Shown here: in pieces, positions 23,963 through 36,873 of the stretch | Numbering within the stretch: position 1 is the stretch's first letter | Layout of the letters: every line of letters starts with the position of its first letter | DNA from: Macrostomum lignano | Lineage: Eukaryota | DNA: 64,000 bases | Direction of reading: 5' to 3' | NCBI GenBank assembly: GCA_002269645.1 | Contig: NIVC01000420.1 | Coordinates: forward strand, 186,001 to 250,000 | The notes under the pieces: model-generated | The model's database searches: none | The model's input: only the letters and a program-made list of their open reading frames with translations | Told to the model about the DNA's origin: nothing | Program-made: the position numbers and the translations under genes

Positions 23963-26900
23963 ATGGTGTACAACGAACTGACGCGTCACTTCGGCTCGCT
24001 CAGCCTTGAAACAGCGTACCACCACCAGCAACAGCAGCAGCAGCAGCAGCACCACCAACAGCAGCAACTGCAACAACTGCAGCAACTTCATCTCGGCTCC
24101 ATCGGCAGCATCATGGACCCCGGCCAGGGCTACAGCCTGCACCAGCCGGCGCCCAGCGGACCCGAGAGTCCCAGCACGGCCTCGTCCGAGATCAAATCGC
24201 AGAAAAATCAGAACGCCATCGTTGTACCGCCCGAGGAAGCAATTTTGAAGCTGTGCGAGCGCACCAAATATCAGATTGTGCAGGAGAACGGCCAACGAAG
24301 GTACGGGCCGCCGCCGGACTGGGAGGACACGCCGCCCAACCGCGGCTGCGAGGTGTTTATCGGTAAGATACCCCGCGACTGCTTCGAAGACGAACTGGTG
24401 CCAGTGTTTGAGAAGGCCGGGCGCATCTACATGTTCCGCCTGATGATGGACTTCTCTGGATCCAACCGGGGCTACGGGTTCTGCATCTACACGAATCGGG
24501 AGGACACGAAGCGAGCCGTTCAGAAGCTCGACAACTATGAGATCCGTCGAGGCAAGACGCTAGGCGTCTGTCTCAGCGTTGACAACTGCAGGCTGTTTGT
24601 CGGCGGCATACCGAAGACCAAGACCAAGCACGAGATCCTTGTCGAGATGAAAAAAGTCACCGACGGAGTGCGTGACGTCATCGTGTATCCATCGGCGGCT
24701 GACAAGGGCAAAAATCGCGGCTTTGCATTCGTCGAGTACGAGCACCACAAGGCGGCCGCCATGGCCCGCCGGAAGCTGATCCCGGGTCGCATCCAGCTGT
24801 GGGGCCACCAGATCGCCGTGGACTGGGCCGAGCCGGAGCGCGAAGTCGACGAGGACATCATGTCCAAGGTGAACGGTTTAAGAATCTGCCTCTCCGCTCT
24901 CCATCAGTGCTTGAGAATCTGCCTCTCCGCTCTCCCTCAGTGCCTGAGAATCTGCCTCTCCCTCAGTGCTTGAGAATCTGCCTCTCCGCTCTCCCTCAGT
25001 GCTTGAGAATCTGCCTCTCCGCTCTCCCTCAGTGCTTGAGAATCTGCCTCTCCGCTCTCCCTCAGTGCCTGAGAATCTGCCTCTCCGTTCTCCCTCAGTG
25101 CTTGAGAATCTGCCTCTCCGCTCTCCCTCAGTGCTTGAGAATCTGCCTCTCCGCTCTCCCTCAGTGCTTGAGAATCTGCCTCTCCGCTCTCCCTCAGTGC
25201 CTGAGAATCTGCCTCTCCCTCAGTGCTTGAGAATCTGCCTCTCCGCTCTCCCTCAGTGCTTGAGAATCTGCCTCTCCCTCAGTGCTTGAGAATCTGCCTC
25301 TCCGCTCTCCCTCAGTGCTTGAGAATCTGCCTCTCCGCTCTCCCTCAGTGCTTGAGAATCTGCCTCTCCGCTCTCCCTCAGTGCTTGAGAATCTGCCTCT
25401 CCTCTCTTCATGACTGCTTGAGAATCTGCCTCTCCTCTCTTCATGACTGCTTGAGAATCTGCCTCTCTTCGCTCTCTTTCAGTGCCTGAAAGTCTGCCTC
25501 TTCGCTCTCCCTCAGTGCTTGAGAATCTGCCTCTCCGCTCTCCCTCAGTGCTTGAGAATCTGCCTCTCCTCTCTTCATGACTGCTTGAGAATCTGCCTCT
25601 CTCCGCTCTCTTTCAGTGCCTGAAAGTCTGCCTCTTCGCTCTCCCTCAGTGCTTGAGAATCTGCCTCTCCGCTCTCCCTCAGTGCTTGAGAATCTGCCTC
25701 TCCTCTCTTCATGACTGCTTGAGAATCTGCCTCTCTCCGCTCTCTTTCAGTGCCTGAAAGTCTGCCTCTTCGCTCTCCCTCAGTGCTTGAGAATCTGCCT
25801 CTCCGCTCTCCCTCAGTGCTTGAGAATCTGCCTCTCCTCTCTTCATGACTGCTTGAGAATCTGCCTCTCCTCTCTTCATGACTGCTTGAGAATCTGCCTC
25901 TCTCCGCTCTCTTTCAGTGCCTGAAAGTCTGCCTCTTCGCTCTCCCTCAGTGCCTGAGAATCTGCCTCTCCGCTCTCCCTCAGTGCTTGAGAATCTGCCT
26001 CTTCGCTCTCCCTCAGTGCTTGAGAATCTGCCTCTCCGCTCTCCCTCAGTGCTTGAGAATCTGCCTCTCCTCTCTTCATGACTGCTTGAGAATCTGCCTC
26101 TCCTCTCTTCATGACTGCTTGAGAATCTGCCTCTCTCCGCTCTCTTTCAGTGCCTGAAAGTCTGCCTCTTCGCTCTCCCTCAGTGCCTGAGAATCTGCCT
26201 CTCCGCTCTCCCTCAGTGCTTGAGAATCTGCCTCTTCGCTCTCCCTCAGTGCTTGAGAATCTGCCTCTCCGCTCTCCCTCAGTGCTTGAGAATCTGCCTC
26301 TCCTCTCTTCATGACTGCTTGAGAATCTGCCTCTCCTCTCTTCATGACTGCTTGAGAATCTGCCTCTCCTCTCTTCATGACTGCTTGAGAATCTGCCTCT
26401 CCTCTCTTCATGACTGCTTGAGAATCTGCCTCTCTCCGCTCTCTTTCAGTGCCTGAAAGTCTGCCTCTCCGCTCTCCCACAGTGCTTGAGAATCTGCCTC
26501 TCCGCTCTCCCTCAGTGCTTGAGAATCTGCCTCTCCTCTCTTCATGACTGCTTGAGAATCTGCCTCTCCTCTCTTCATGACTGCTTGAGAATCTGCCTCT
26601 CTCCGCTCTCTTTCAGTGCCTGAAAGTCTGCCTCTTCGCTCTCCCTCAGTGCTTGAGAATCTGCCTCTTCGCTCTCCCTCAGTGCTTGAGAATCTGCCTC
26701 TTCGCTCTCCCTCAGTGCTTGAGAATCTGCCTCTCCGCTCTCCCTCAGTGCTTGAGAATCTGCCTCTCCGCTCTCCCTCAGTGCTTGAGAATCTGCCTCT
26801 CCGCTCTCCCTCAGTGCTTGAGAATCTGCCTCTCCGCTCTCCCTCAGTGCCTGAGAATCTGCCTCTCCGCTCTCCCTCAGTGCTTGAGAATCTGCCTCTC

Positions 26901-29900
26901 CGCTCTCCCTCAGTGCTTGAGAATCTGCCTATCCGCTCTCCCTCAGTGCTTGAGAATCTGCCTCTCCGCTCTCCCTCAGTGCTTGAGAATCTGCCTCTCC
27001 GCTCTCCCTCAGTGCTTGAGAATCTGCCTCTCCGCTCTCCCTCAGTGCTTGAGAATCTGCCTCTCCTCTCTTCATGACTGCTTGAGAATCTGCCTCTCCT
27101 CTCTTCATGACTGCTTGAGAATCTGCCTCTCTCCGCTCTCTTTCAGTGCCTGAAAGTCTGCCTCTTCGCTCTCCCTCAGTGCTTGAGAATCTGCCTCTCC
27201 GCTCTCCCTCAGTGCTTGAGAATCTGCCTCTCCGCTCTCCCTCAGTGCTTGAGAATCTGCCTCTCCGCTCTCCCTCAGTGCTTGAGAATCTGCCTCTCCT
27301 CTCTTCATGACTGCTTGAGAATCTGCCTCTCCTCTCTTCATGACTGCTTGAGAATCTGCCTCTCTCCGCTCTCTTTCAGTGCCTGAAAGTCTGCCTCTTC
27401 GCTCTCCCTCAGTGCTTGAGAATCTGCCTCTCAGCTCTCCCTCAGTGCTTGAGAATCTGCCTCTCCTCTCTTCATGACTGCTTGAGAATCTGCCTCTCTC
27501 CGCTCTCTTTCAGTGCCTGAAAGTCTGACTCTTCGCTCTCCCTCAGTGCTTGAGAATCTGCCTCTCCGCTCTCCCTCAGTGCTTGAGAATCTGCCTCTTC
27601 GCTCTCCCTCAGTGCTTGAGAATCTGCCTCTCCGCTCTCCCTCAGTGCTTGAGAATCTGCCTCTCCTCTCTTCATGACTGCTTGAGAATCTGCCTCTCCT
27701 CTCTTCATGACTGCTTGAGAATCTGCCTCTCTCCGCTCTCTTTCAGTGCCTGAAAGTCTGCCTCTTCGCTCTCCCTCAGTGCCTGAGAATCTGCCTCTCC
27801 GCTCTCCCTCAGTGCTTGAGAATCTGCCTCTTCGCTCTCCCTCAGTGCTTGAGAATCTGCCTCTCCGCTCTCCCTCAGTGCTTGAGAATCTGCCTCTCCT
27901 CTCTTCATGACTGCTTGAGAATCTGCCTCTCCTCTCTTCATGACTGCTTGAGAATCTGCCTCTCTCCGCTCTCTTTCAGTGCCTGAAAGTCTGCCTCTTC
28001 GCTCTCCCTCAGTGCTTGAGAATCTGCCTCTCCGCTCTCCCTCAGTGCTTGAGAATCTGCCTCTCCTCTCTTCATGACTGCTTGAGAATCTGCCTCTCCT
28101 CTCTTCATGACTGCTTGAGAATCTGCCTCTCTCCGCTCTCTTTCAGTGCCTGAAAGTCTGCCTCTTCGCTCTCCCTCAGTGCTTGAGAATCTGCCTCTTC
28201 GCTCTCCCTCAGTGCTTGAGAATCTGCCTCTTCGCTCTCCCTCAGTGCTTGAGAATCTGCCTCTTCGCTCTCCCTCAGTGCTTGAGAATCTGCCTCTCCG
28301 CTCTCCCTCAGTGCTTGAGAATCTGCCTCTCCTCTCTTCATGACTGCTTGAGAATCTGCCTCTCCTCTCTTCATGACTGCTTGAGAATCTGCCTCTCTCC
28401 GCTCTCTTTCAGTGCCTGAAAGTCTGCCTCTTCGCTCTCCCTCAGTGCTTGAGAATCTGCCTCTTCGCTCTCCCTCAGTGCTTGAGAATCTGCCTCTTCG
28501 CTCTCCCTCAGTGCTTGAGAATCTGCCTCTTCGCTCTCCCTCAGTGCTTGAGAATCTGCCTCTCCGCTCTCCCTCAGTGCTTGAGAATCTGCCTCTCCTC
28601 TCTTCATGACTGCTTGAGAATCTGCCTCTCCTCTCTTCATGACTTCTTGAGAATCTGCCTCTCCGCTCTCCATCAGTGCTTGAGAATCTGCCTCTCCGCT
28701 CTCCCACAGTGCCTGAGAATCTGCCTCTCCACTCTCCCTCAGTGCTTGAGAATCTGCCTCTCCGCTCTCCCTCAGTGCTTGAGAATCTGCCTCTCCGCTC
28801 TCCATCAGTGCTTGAGAATCTGCCTCTCCTCTCTTCATGACTTCTTGAGAATCTGCCTCTCCGCTCTCCCTCAGTGCCTGAGAACCTGCCTCTCCGCTCT
28901 CTCTCAGTGCTTGAGAACCTGCCTCTCCGCTCTCCCTCAGTCCACAAAGTCACCTAAACATATTTTCAGTAAATCGTATTATATTCTGTTTAGATTTTAA
29001 AGTTTGCAATTTATTATGGTTTTAAAGTTACAAAAAATTATCGGCCTCAGCAACTGATTAACCCATTAGCTGAAGCGACAGTCTATGGCAGAAATATTCA
29101 CCGTTGTACATTCACGCTAGTGTACTTTGGTTACATTTCATACACCATATGCACTTTTAAATTTATGCTTTCATTCGTAAATCCTTATGACATAAATTTA
29201 TGACATCAATAAAGAATATTCTAAAATTCCTCCATACACCCCCGACTCAAGGTAAAAATCCTGTACGTCCGCAATCTCATGCTGAACACAACGGAGGAGC
29301 ACCTGAGGGAGCTCTTTTCCTCCGCCATCGGCATCAGCCCCGAGTCTGTTGAACGGGTCAAAAAAATCCGCGACTACGCCTTCGTGCACTTCAAAGACCG
29401 CGCCGACGCCATCGCCGCCATGGAGAAGCTGGACGGTGAGTAACTCTGCGTTTGAGATGAAGCTGAGCACGAGTCCGGCTTAACCCTAACCTCTCATGCC
29501 AGGGGAGCCGTAGCCCAGTGGTTTGGCGCGGCTCTCTGATGTGCCAGCGGCCCAGGCTTGATTCCAAATGCAGTCACATTAATTTGGGACTGAATTGGAA
29601 TCTCGGCTTGGCTCTGCTCGTGCAATTAACGCCCTTGAAGTGTAGATGCCTAACGATAAGTAAAGTCAGGGCTGCTGTACACTCCTGTGAGTGTGTGCCT
29701 GTGCGTGTCACTGCGTACGTGCTCAGGGGAGTCGGCGGAATGGGCAGCAATGCCTCTCGCCGGTTGTGTGCCTATGCACGCAGTCCCCTGTCTGTGATAA
29801 AAAAAAGTCCTTATGCCTCGCCTCTTCATTCTCTTATCTACCATGCCTCAAACCAAATTTATCTAATGGTACAATTTTCTATTTAACTGTCCGAATCCCC

Positions 29901-32900
29901 ACAGACACGGAGATCGACGGCTCCCGGGTGGAGGTGACCCTGGCCAAGCCGGTGGACAAGGCCGAATCTGCTCGAGCAAAAACTGCCGCAGCCGCGGCCG
30001 CAGCCGCAGCCGCCGCCGGTCAGCAGTCGAAGCTGCAGCCATTGGCTCAGCTGATTACGCCGCAGCAGGCTGCTGGAGTCGGGCTGTACCATCAGCACCA
30101 GCTGCAGGCTCATCCAGCCGCTCTGCATCAACTCGAACCGCTGGCTCTGAGCGCCTACTGTCAGGGCAACGGCCTGCTAGCGCAAGAACAGACAGGACAG
30201 CAGCAGCAGCAGCAGCAGCAACAACAACAGCCAACGCATACGCAAAGGTAAAAGTTGGGTCTCTAAGTTTATAAACTCTCTCGGTGAGAGACTGGTCTGT
30301 GTGCCAGTGGATCTCTGTCTGTGTGCCAGTGGATCTCTGTGTGTGCCAGTGGATCTCTGTGTGTGTGCCAGTGGATCTCTGTGTGTGTGCCAGAGGATCT
30401 CTGTGTGTGTGCCAGTGGATCTCTGTGTGTGTGCCAGTGGATCTGTGTGTGTGCCAGTGGATGTGTGTGTGCCAGTGGATCTGTGTGTGTGCCATTGGAT
30501 CTGTGTGTGCTCCAGTGGATCTGTGTGTGCCAGTGGATCTCTGTGTGCTCCAGTGGATCTGTGTGTGCCAGTGGATCTGTGTGTGTGTGCCAGTGGATCT
30601 GTGTGTGTGCCAGTGCATCTCTGTGTGTGCCAGTGGATCTCTGTGTGTGCCAGTGGATCTCTGTGTTTGCCAGTGGATCTGTGTGTGTGCCAGTGCATCT
30701 CTGTGTGTGTGCCAGTGGATCTCTGTGTGTTCCAGTGGATCTCTGTGTGTGCCAGTGGATCTCTGTGTGTGTGCCAGTGGATCTCTGTGTGTGCCAGTGC
30801 ATCTCTGTGTGTGTGCCAGTGGATCTCTGTGTGTTCCAGTGGATCTCTGTGTGTGCCAGTGGATCTCTGTGTGTGCCAGTGGATCTCTGTGTGTGCCAGT
30901 GGATCTGTGTGTGTGCCTTTTCAGCTGGCTATAAGGATGTTACTTCAGTCGCGAAGTGCACGCTGTTAAGACCCATCCATCTATAATTTCTACAGAAATA
31001 TATAATTGAATACTTGAAACAGAAGGCGGCTAGCAAATTCCTGATGCAATCAGTCTAGTAGAATGCGGTGTCTTAACACTGCACAAACCAGCTGGGTACC
31101 AACTACCTGCAACAATTGATTGTCATCGCCCTGTCCAATGTTTAGCAAAATCTAGAAGGCTATTCAGCGTGGCAGTTTCAACTAAATCAGTCACAGAAAC
31201 GTGGCTTTAGAGAAGTTGTTTATAACTAAGCGCTGGTGTAACACACCACACCAGCGCGCCCGCTGCGCTCAATCTGCACCTCGGTTACACCAGCCCAGTG
31301 GCTCCGAAATCTACATGTAATATTATTTTAGCCCGTACGCTACTGGTCACATAGCAGAACAAGAATGACTACATTCTGCAGTTAAAGCTTAGATAGATGT
31401 TTTTGCAAGGGGGGGGGGTAGCTTGTACACGGAGGCAAGCGCTTAAGAACTTAGTCAAGATTGTTTATAGTTTAGCCCGGATAAGATGCCAGAATCTAAA
31501 AATTCACCTTGTTCTCTTTTTGTTTAGAACAGCTTTTTCTCCCCAATTCCCCGCAGTGTGTCAGCAGGTCAAACCTTCTCCACCCCAATTCCCTGCAGTG
31601 TGTCAGTGGGTCAAACCTTCTCCACCCCAATTCCCCGCAGTGTGTCAGTGGGTCAAACCTTCTCCACCCCAATTCCCTGCAGTGTGTCAGCAGGTCAAAC
31701 CTTCTCCACCCCAATTTCCTGCAGTGTGTCAGTAGGTCAAACCTTCTCCACCCCAATTTTCTGCAGTGTGTCAGTAGGTCAAACCTTCTCCACCCCAATT
31801 TCCTGCAGTGTGTCAGTAGGTCAAACCTTCTCCACCCCAATTTCCTGCAGTGTGTCAGTGGGTCAAACCTTCTCCACCCCAATTCCCTGCAGTGTGTCAG
31901 TAGGTCAAACCTTCTCCACCCCAATTTCCTGCAGTGTGTCAGCAGGTCAAACCTTCTCCACCCCAATTTCAGTGTGTCAGCAGGTCAAACCTTCTCCACC
32001 CCAATTCCCCGCAGTGTGTCAGTAGGTCAAACCTTCTCCACCCCAATTCCCTGCAGTGTGTCAGCAGGTCAAACCTTCTCCACCCCAATTCCCTGCAGTG
32101 TGTCAGTGGTTCAAACCTTCTCCACCCCAATTCTTCGCAGGCAGTTCCGCAACGCCGCCGGCAGTCGATCTGCGAGCGCCAGGAGCGGCGCCAGCAACAA
32201 CTCGGGTGGTTACCATAGAGACAAGCGGACAAATCTGGAGGTGAGGCTTGCAAAAGTTCCCTGACCTCCGCTGTCCCCGAGTGTCCTCTACAAAGATTTC
32301 CCTCCATCACTGCAAGATAAAAGTTTAAGAAAAAGTTAATAACATCAAAATCAAATAACTTGTATAACCCGACAGACGCGCTGGATAATGCACTTCCCGG
32401 ACCCCAGGCTGAAGGTTTGGCAGATCCGCGCGACTGCTAGTTTATGGAGCTAATTAATGCATAACTTAGCCGCTAGCTTTTTATTGTAAACTGCTTTAGA
32501 CACTATTGAAAGTAGTTGCTGACGTGCAAATCCAACCGATGTTTTTAAAATCCTGCCGATTTAAGAGATATGATTCTTCAAGTCTTAGTTGAACTTTTCA
32601 TGCATTTAAACAAATGTAACTCGGCAAATTTTATTTCTGCATTCAGATTCTGGACGAGATCAGCACTCAGAACGGATTGGGGAGTCCGTCCTATCAAGTT
32701 CAGTGCCACGAACTGCTAGAGACCAATACGGGGGTTAAGAGCAACTGGTTTCTGGGAAAGGTGAGTTGGATAAGAGGGTTGAAATGGTTTACTTATTGCA
32801 GACAGGAAGGCTGTGTGTGCCCTGCCGCACTTTAAGCGACATTGTCACACAACCGGCGAGAGGCATTGCTGCCCATTCCTCCGACTCCCCTGAGCAGGCA

Positions 32901-33500
32901 CACAAGCGCGCGGATACGTACGCAGTCACACGCACAGGCACACACTCACACAGGAGTGTACAGCGGCCCTAACTGTATTTATCGTTAGGCATGTACACTT
33001 CACTGTGCCTTGGGGCAGTGACCCAAGCCGACATTCCCATTTAGCCCCAAATTAATGTGACTGCACTTGGAATCGAGCCTGGACCGCTGGCACATGCGTC
33101 GTAGGAGAGCCACGTTAAACCACTGGACAGACATGGATAGGGATCAGATCCTACAATTCCCAGAAACACCCCCCACTCCCCAGGTGACAATCGGTGGCAG
33201 GCAGCAGTTCACGGCGCACAGGTTCGCCCAGACAACCGAAGAGGCGCGGCTTGCAGCGGCTGAGGCGGCCCTGATCGGCCTGACGCAGGTGCAGCAGCAG
33301 CAGCCGCATCAGCAGCCGCAGCAGCAGCCGGCAGGCGTATTCGCTTCGTCGGGCAGTGAGCAGGCCCTATTCCTAGGTGAGTTCAATCGAGTCCAACAGT
33401 TGCAAACATTTCAAACAGCCGCTGTGCCGATGCTTGCCGCCGGCGCGCCGATCGTCTCCATGGCAACGGCCGGCTGTCAGCAGCTTCAGCAGGCGCCTCT

Positions 33501-33532
<32 letters not shown>

Positions 33533-36156
33533 CGCCAATGGCGATGCTTCAGCCACCGATATCGACATCGCTGCAGCTTGCGCCCGGTTGCTACCCGGGC
33601 CTAGCAACCACTTACGGAGGCCCGATTGCTCAAATGGCGCAGATTCCGCATCAGCTCGGCCTGCAGCAGCAGCCGATGCAGTTTTACCAGTTGCAGCAGC
33701 AACAGCAGCAGCAGCAGCTGCTAGCAACTAGTGATGCGGATTCCAGTGAGTGAGGAGCAGGCGGTTTTGGTCGAGTTGGTTTTGTTGGCGCGCGTCTTCC
33801 ATCGTTCATTGTCAAGTTCATCGAGTTTAGCGCTTAAACTTCTGCTTTTTAACTGTTTGTTTTATTCTGTTTTTGCCAGTTTAACTTTTGTTACTAGCAG
33901 CAGTAGACGGGGTAGAGATGGATAGAGAGGCCGACAGGATAGAGATGGATAGATAGGCAGATAGGATAGAGATGGATAGATAGGCAGATAGGATAGAGAT
34001 GGATAGATAGGCAGACAGGATAGAGATGGATAGATAGGCAGGATAGAGATGGATAGATAGGCAGATAGGATAGAGATGGATAGATAGGCAGACAGGATAG
34101 AGATGGATAGAGAGGCAGGATAGAGATGGATAGAGAGGCAGGATGGAGATGGATAGAGAGGCAGACAGGATAGAGATGGATAGATAGGCAGACAGGATAG
34201 AGATGGATAGAGAGGCAGACAGGATAGAGATGGATAGATAGGCAGACAGGATAGAGATGGATAGAGAGGCAGACAGGATAGAGATGGATAGAGAGGCAGG
34301 ATAGAGATGGATAGAGAGGCAGACAGGATAGAGATGGATAGAGAGGCAGGATAGAGATGGATAGAGAGGCAGACAGGATAGAGATGGATAGAGAGGCAGG
34401 ATAGAGATGGATAGAGAGGCAGACAGGATAGAGATGGATAGAGAGGCAGATAGGATAGAGATGGATAGAGAGGCAGACAGGATAGAGATGGATAGAGAGG
34501 CAGGATAGAGATGGATAGATAGGCAGACAGGATAGAGATGGATAGAGAGGCAGACAGGATAGAGATGGATAGAGAGGCAGACAGGATAGAGATGGATAGA
34601 GAGGCAGACAGGATAGAGATGGATAGAGAGGCAGGATAGAGATGGATAGAGAGGCAGACAGGATAGAGATGGATAGAGAGGCAGGATGGAGATGGATAGA
34701 GAGGCAGACAGGATAGAGATGGATAGAGAGGCAGGATAGAGATGGATAGAGAGGCAGACAGGATAGAGATGGATAGAGAGGCAGGATGGAGATGGATAGA
34801 GAGGCAGACAGGATAGAGATGGATAGAGAGGCAGGATAGAGATGGATAGATAGGCAGACAGGATAGAGATGGATAGAGAGGCAGACAGGATAGAGATGGA
34901 TAGAGAGGCAGACAGGATAGAGATGGATAGATAGGCAGATAGGATAGAGATGGATAGATAGGCAGATAGGATAGAGATGGATAGATAGGCAGACAGGATA
35001 GAGATGGATAGATAGGCAGGATAGAGATGGATAGATAGGCAGATAGGATAGAGATGGATAGAGAGGCAGACAGGATAGAGATGGATAGAGAGGCAGGATG
35101 GAGATGGATAGAGAGGCAGACAGGATAGAGATGGATAGAGAGGCAGGATAGAGATGGATAGATAGGCAGACAGGATAGAGATGGATAGAGAGGCAGACAG
35201 GATAGAGGCAGGATAGAGAGGCAGACAGGATAGAGATGGATAGATAGGCAGATAGGATAGAGATGGATAGATAGGCAGATAGGATAGAGATGGATAGATA
35301 GGCAGACAGGATAGAGATGGATAGATAGGCAGGATAGAGATGGATAGATAGGCAGACAGGATAGAGATGGATAGAGAGGCAGGATAGAGATGGATAGAGA
35401 GGCAGGATGGAGATGGATAGAGAGGCAGACAGGATAGAGATGGATAGATAGGCAGACAGGATAGAGATGGATAGAGAGGCAGACAGGATAGAGATGGATA
35501 GATAGGCAGACAGGATAGAGATGGATAGAGAGGCAGACAGGATAGAGATGGATAGAGAGGCAGGATAGAGATGGATAGAGAGGCAGACAGGATAGAGATG
35601 GATAGAGAGGCAGGATAGAGATGGATAGAGAGGCAGGATAGAGATGGATAGAGAGGCAGACAGGATAGAGATGGATAGAGAGGCAGATAGGATAGAGATG
35701 GATAGAGAGGCAGACAGGATAGAGATGGATAGAGAGGCAGACAGGATAGAGATGGATAGAGAGGCAGACAGGATAGAGATGGATAGAGAGGCAGGCAGGA
35801 TAGAGATGGATAGAGAGGCAGACAGGATAGAGGCAGGATAGAGAGGCAGACAGGATGTTTTCAAAGAAACTCGCAACCCCTCCATTGCAGCCGGTTCGGG
35901 CGTGACGGCCATGCAGCTTCCCGCCATCTCGGAGGCGGCCGGATTTCCCGGCGCGTTTCTTTACGCGCCCGGCGCCGCTGCGGGCGCCGCTCCTGGCAGC
36001 GCCGCCGACCCTGGCGCCGCGTATTTCGCCGCGGCCGCAGCCGCCGCAGCCGCCGCCGCAGCCGCCATGCCGCCGCCGCAGCCGCCGCCGCCTCCTCCGC
36101 CAGGTGCTCAGTACGTTTCCGCCTCCTGCGGTGATGGCGGAGCCAACGGCAACATT

Positions 36157-36200
<44 letters not shown>

Positions 36201-36243
36201 ACCAGGCGGTGGCGCGGAGATGTACACCGGTTACTCCAACTGA
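23963..36243 (+). CDS. A1CF/RBM47/RBM46-family RNA-binding protein (3 RRMs plus a C-terminal dsRBD-like domain), 7 exons, about 853 aa
   Basis: Exons 23963-24868, 29252-29435, 29905-30247, 32141-32240, 32647-32760, 33184-33745 and 35891-36243 with consistent phases (0,1,2,0,0,1). Motifs: [125 protein letters not shown]. dsRBD-like segment: [39 protein letters not shown]. Confidence 0.93.
24880..28940. repeat. About 4-kb array of 33-bp units (GCTTGAGAATCTGCCTCTCCGCTCTCCCTCAGT) with higher-order structure, intron 1
   Basis: About 120 units of three variant types. Repeated ORFs recur at offsets of 233 bp and 266 bp. Confidence 0.97.
29502..29805 (+). mobile_element. tRNA-headed SINE in intron 2 of the RBM47-like gene
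   Basis: Head ggggagccgtagcccagtggt (A box)...ggcttgattcc (B-box-like) and an A-rich end at about 29797-29806. An inverted homologue lies at 32790-33128. Confidence 0.75.
30290..30918. repeat. 22-26-bp minisatellite GTGCCAGTGGATCTCTGTGTGT, intron 3
   Basis: Visible directly. Confidence 0.93.
31543..32140. repeat. 42-bp minisatellite whose last unit forms the exon 4 acceptor
   Basis: Unit TGTGTCAGCAGGTCAAACCTTCTCCACCCCAATTCCCTGCAG, about 14 copies. Confidence 0.93.
32790..33128 (-). mobile_element. tRNA-headed SINE in intron 5, inverted relative to 29502-29805
   Basis: The reverse complement reads ccagtggtttaacgtggctctc...atgtgccagcggtccaggctcgattccaagtgcagtcacattaatttgggg...ctcgccggttgtgtg, collinear with the 29502 copy. 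Confidence 0.75.
33908..35856. repeat. 23/27-bp minisatellite GGATAGAGATGGATAGAGAGGCA(GACA), intron 6
   Basis: Visible directly; source of the 803-aa and 677-aa repeat ORFs. Confidence 0.96.
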
Positions 36244-36398
36244 CTCAATGATGTAAGGAATCGCTGACCTCACTCGACGAGTGCCTTGCCCTTTACCTTC
36301 TTCTATATTCCTCGTAAGTATGAACGAATTGGCTCTTAGATAGGTGCATGTGGATCCTAGTGGTGATGCCGCTTCTCCATCATATACTTATTGCATCC

Positions 36399-36873
36399 CA
36401 CAGATGCTAAAATAACTTGATCGGCCACTCAGGCAGATATACTTAGTAAAACAGCTTTCTACTTTCAGTTCAGTAGCAAAGAAGAATACATAAGCTATTT
36501 TATAAAAATAAAACCAGCTGAAATGACTTTGATAAGTTTAGAAGCCCAAGCTTGCAGGCGTAAACAACTTGCTAATTGGTTCAGCAGCAATGTACATTGG
36601 CCAGTCCACTGAAATGTACATGGCAGCTTTTAGGCTGGAAGTCCAAGAAAGGCAATAAAAATTGGCTGGCGGGGGTGGGGTAGTGTGGAAAGGCGCGGTT
36701 GGAGGGTTTAGGCTGGGGGCAGGGGGGGGGGTAAGAGCCAATATGCATTGGCTTTGATAAAAATACACTACAATGCTTCTGTAAGAAATGCTTCTGTTTA
36801 ACTCACTACTGAACTGAAAGTAGCTTACACGCATATGCGCTAAGTGGCCCATCTAGTTATTCTAGCAGCTGTG
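36399..36873. mobile_element. MITE-like element, copy 2 (inverted relative to 4906-5345)
   Basis: TIRs CACAGATGCTAAAATAACTTGATCGGCCACT / AGTGGCCCATCTAGTTATTCTAGCAGCTGTG. The interior is the reverse complement of the 4906 copy. Confidence 0.8.

Noticed and set aside
24966-29000. Many [11 protein letters not shown] / [10 protein letters not shown] ORFs
   Set aside because: They are frames of the 33-bp intronic array. Protein homology jumps from 24868 to 29252.
29478-29492. TTAACCCTAACC, telomere-like
   Set aside because: It is under two full units, which is expected by chance.
33862-36273. 803-aa and 677-aa minus-strand ORFs
   Set aside because: They are translations of the intron 6 minisatellite plus the antisense of a GC-rich exon.
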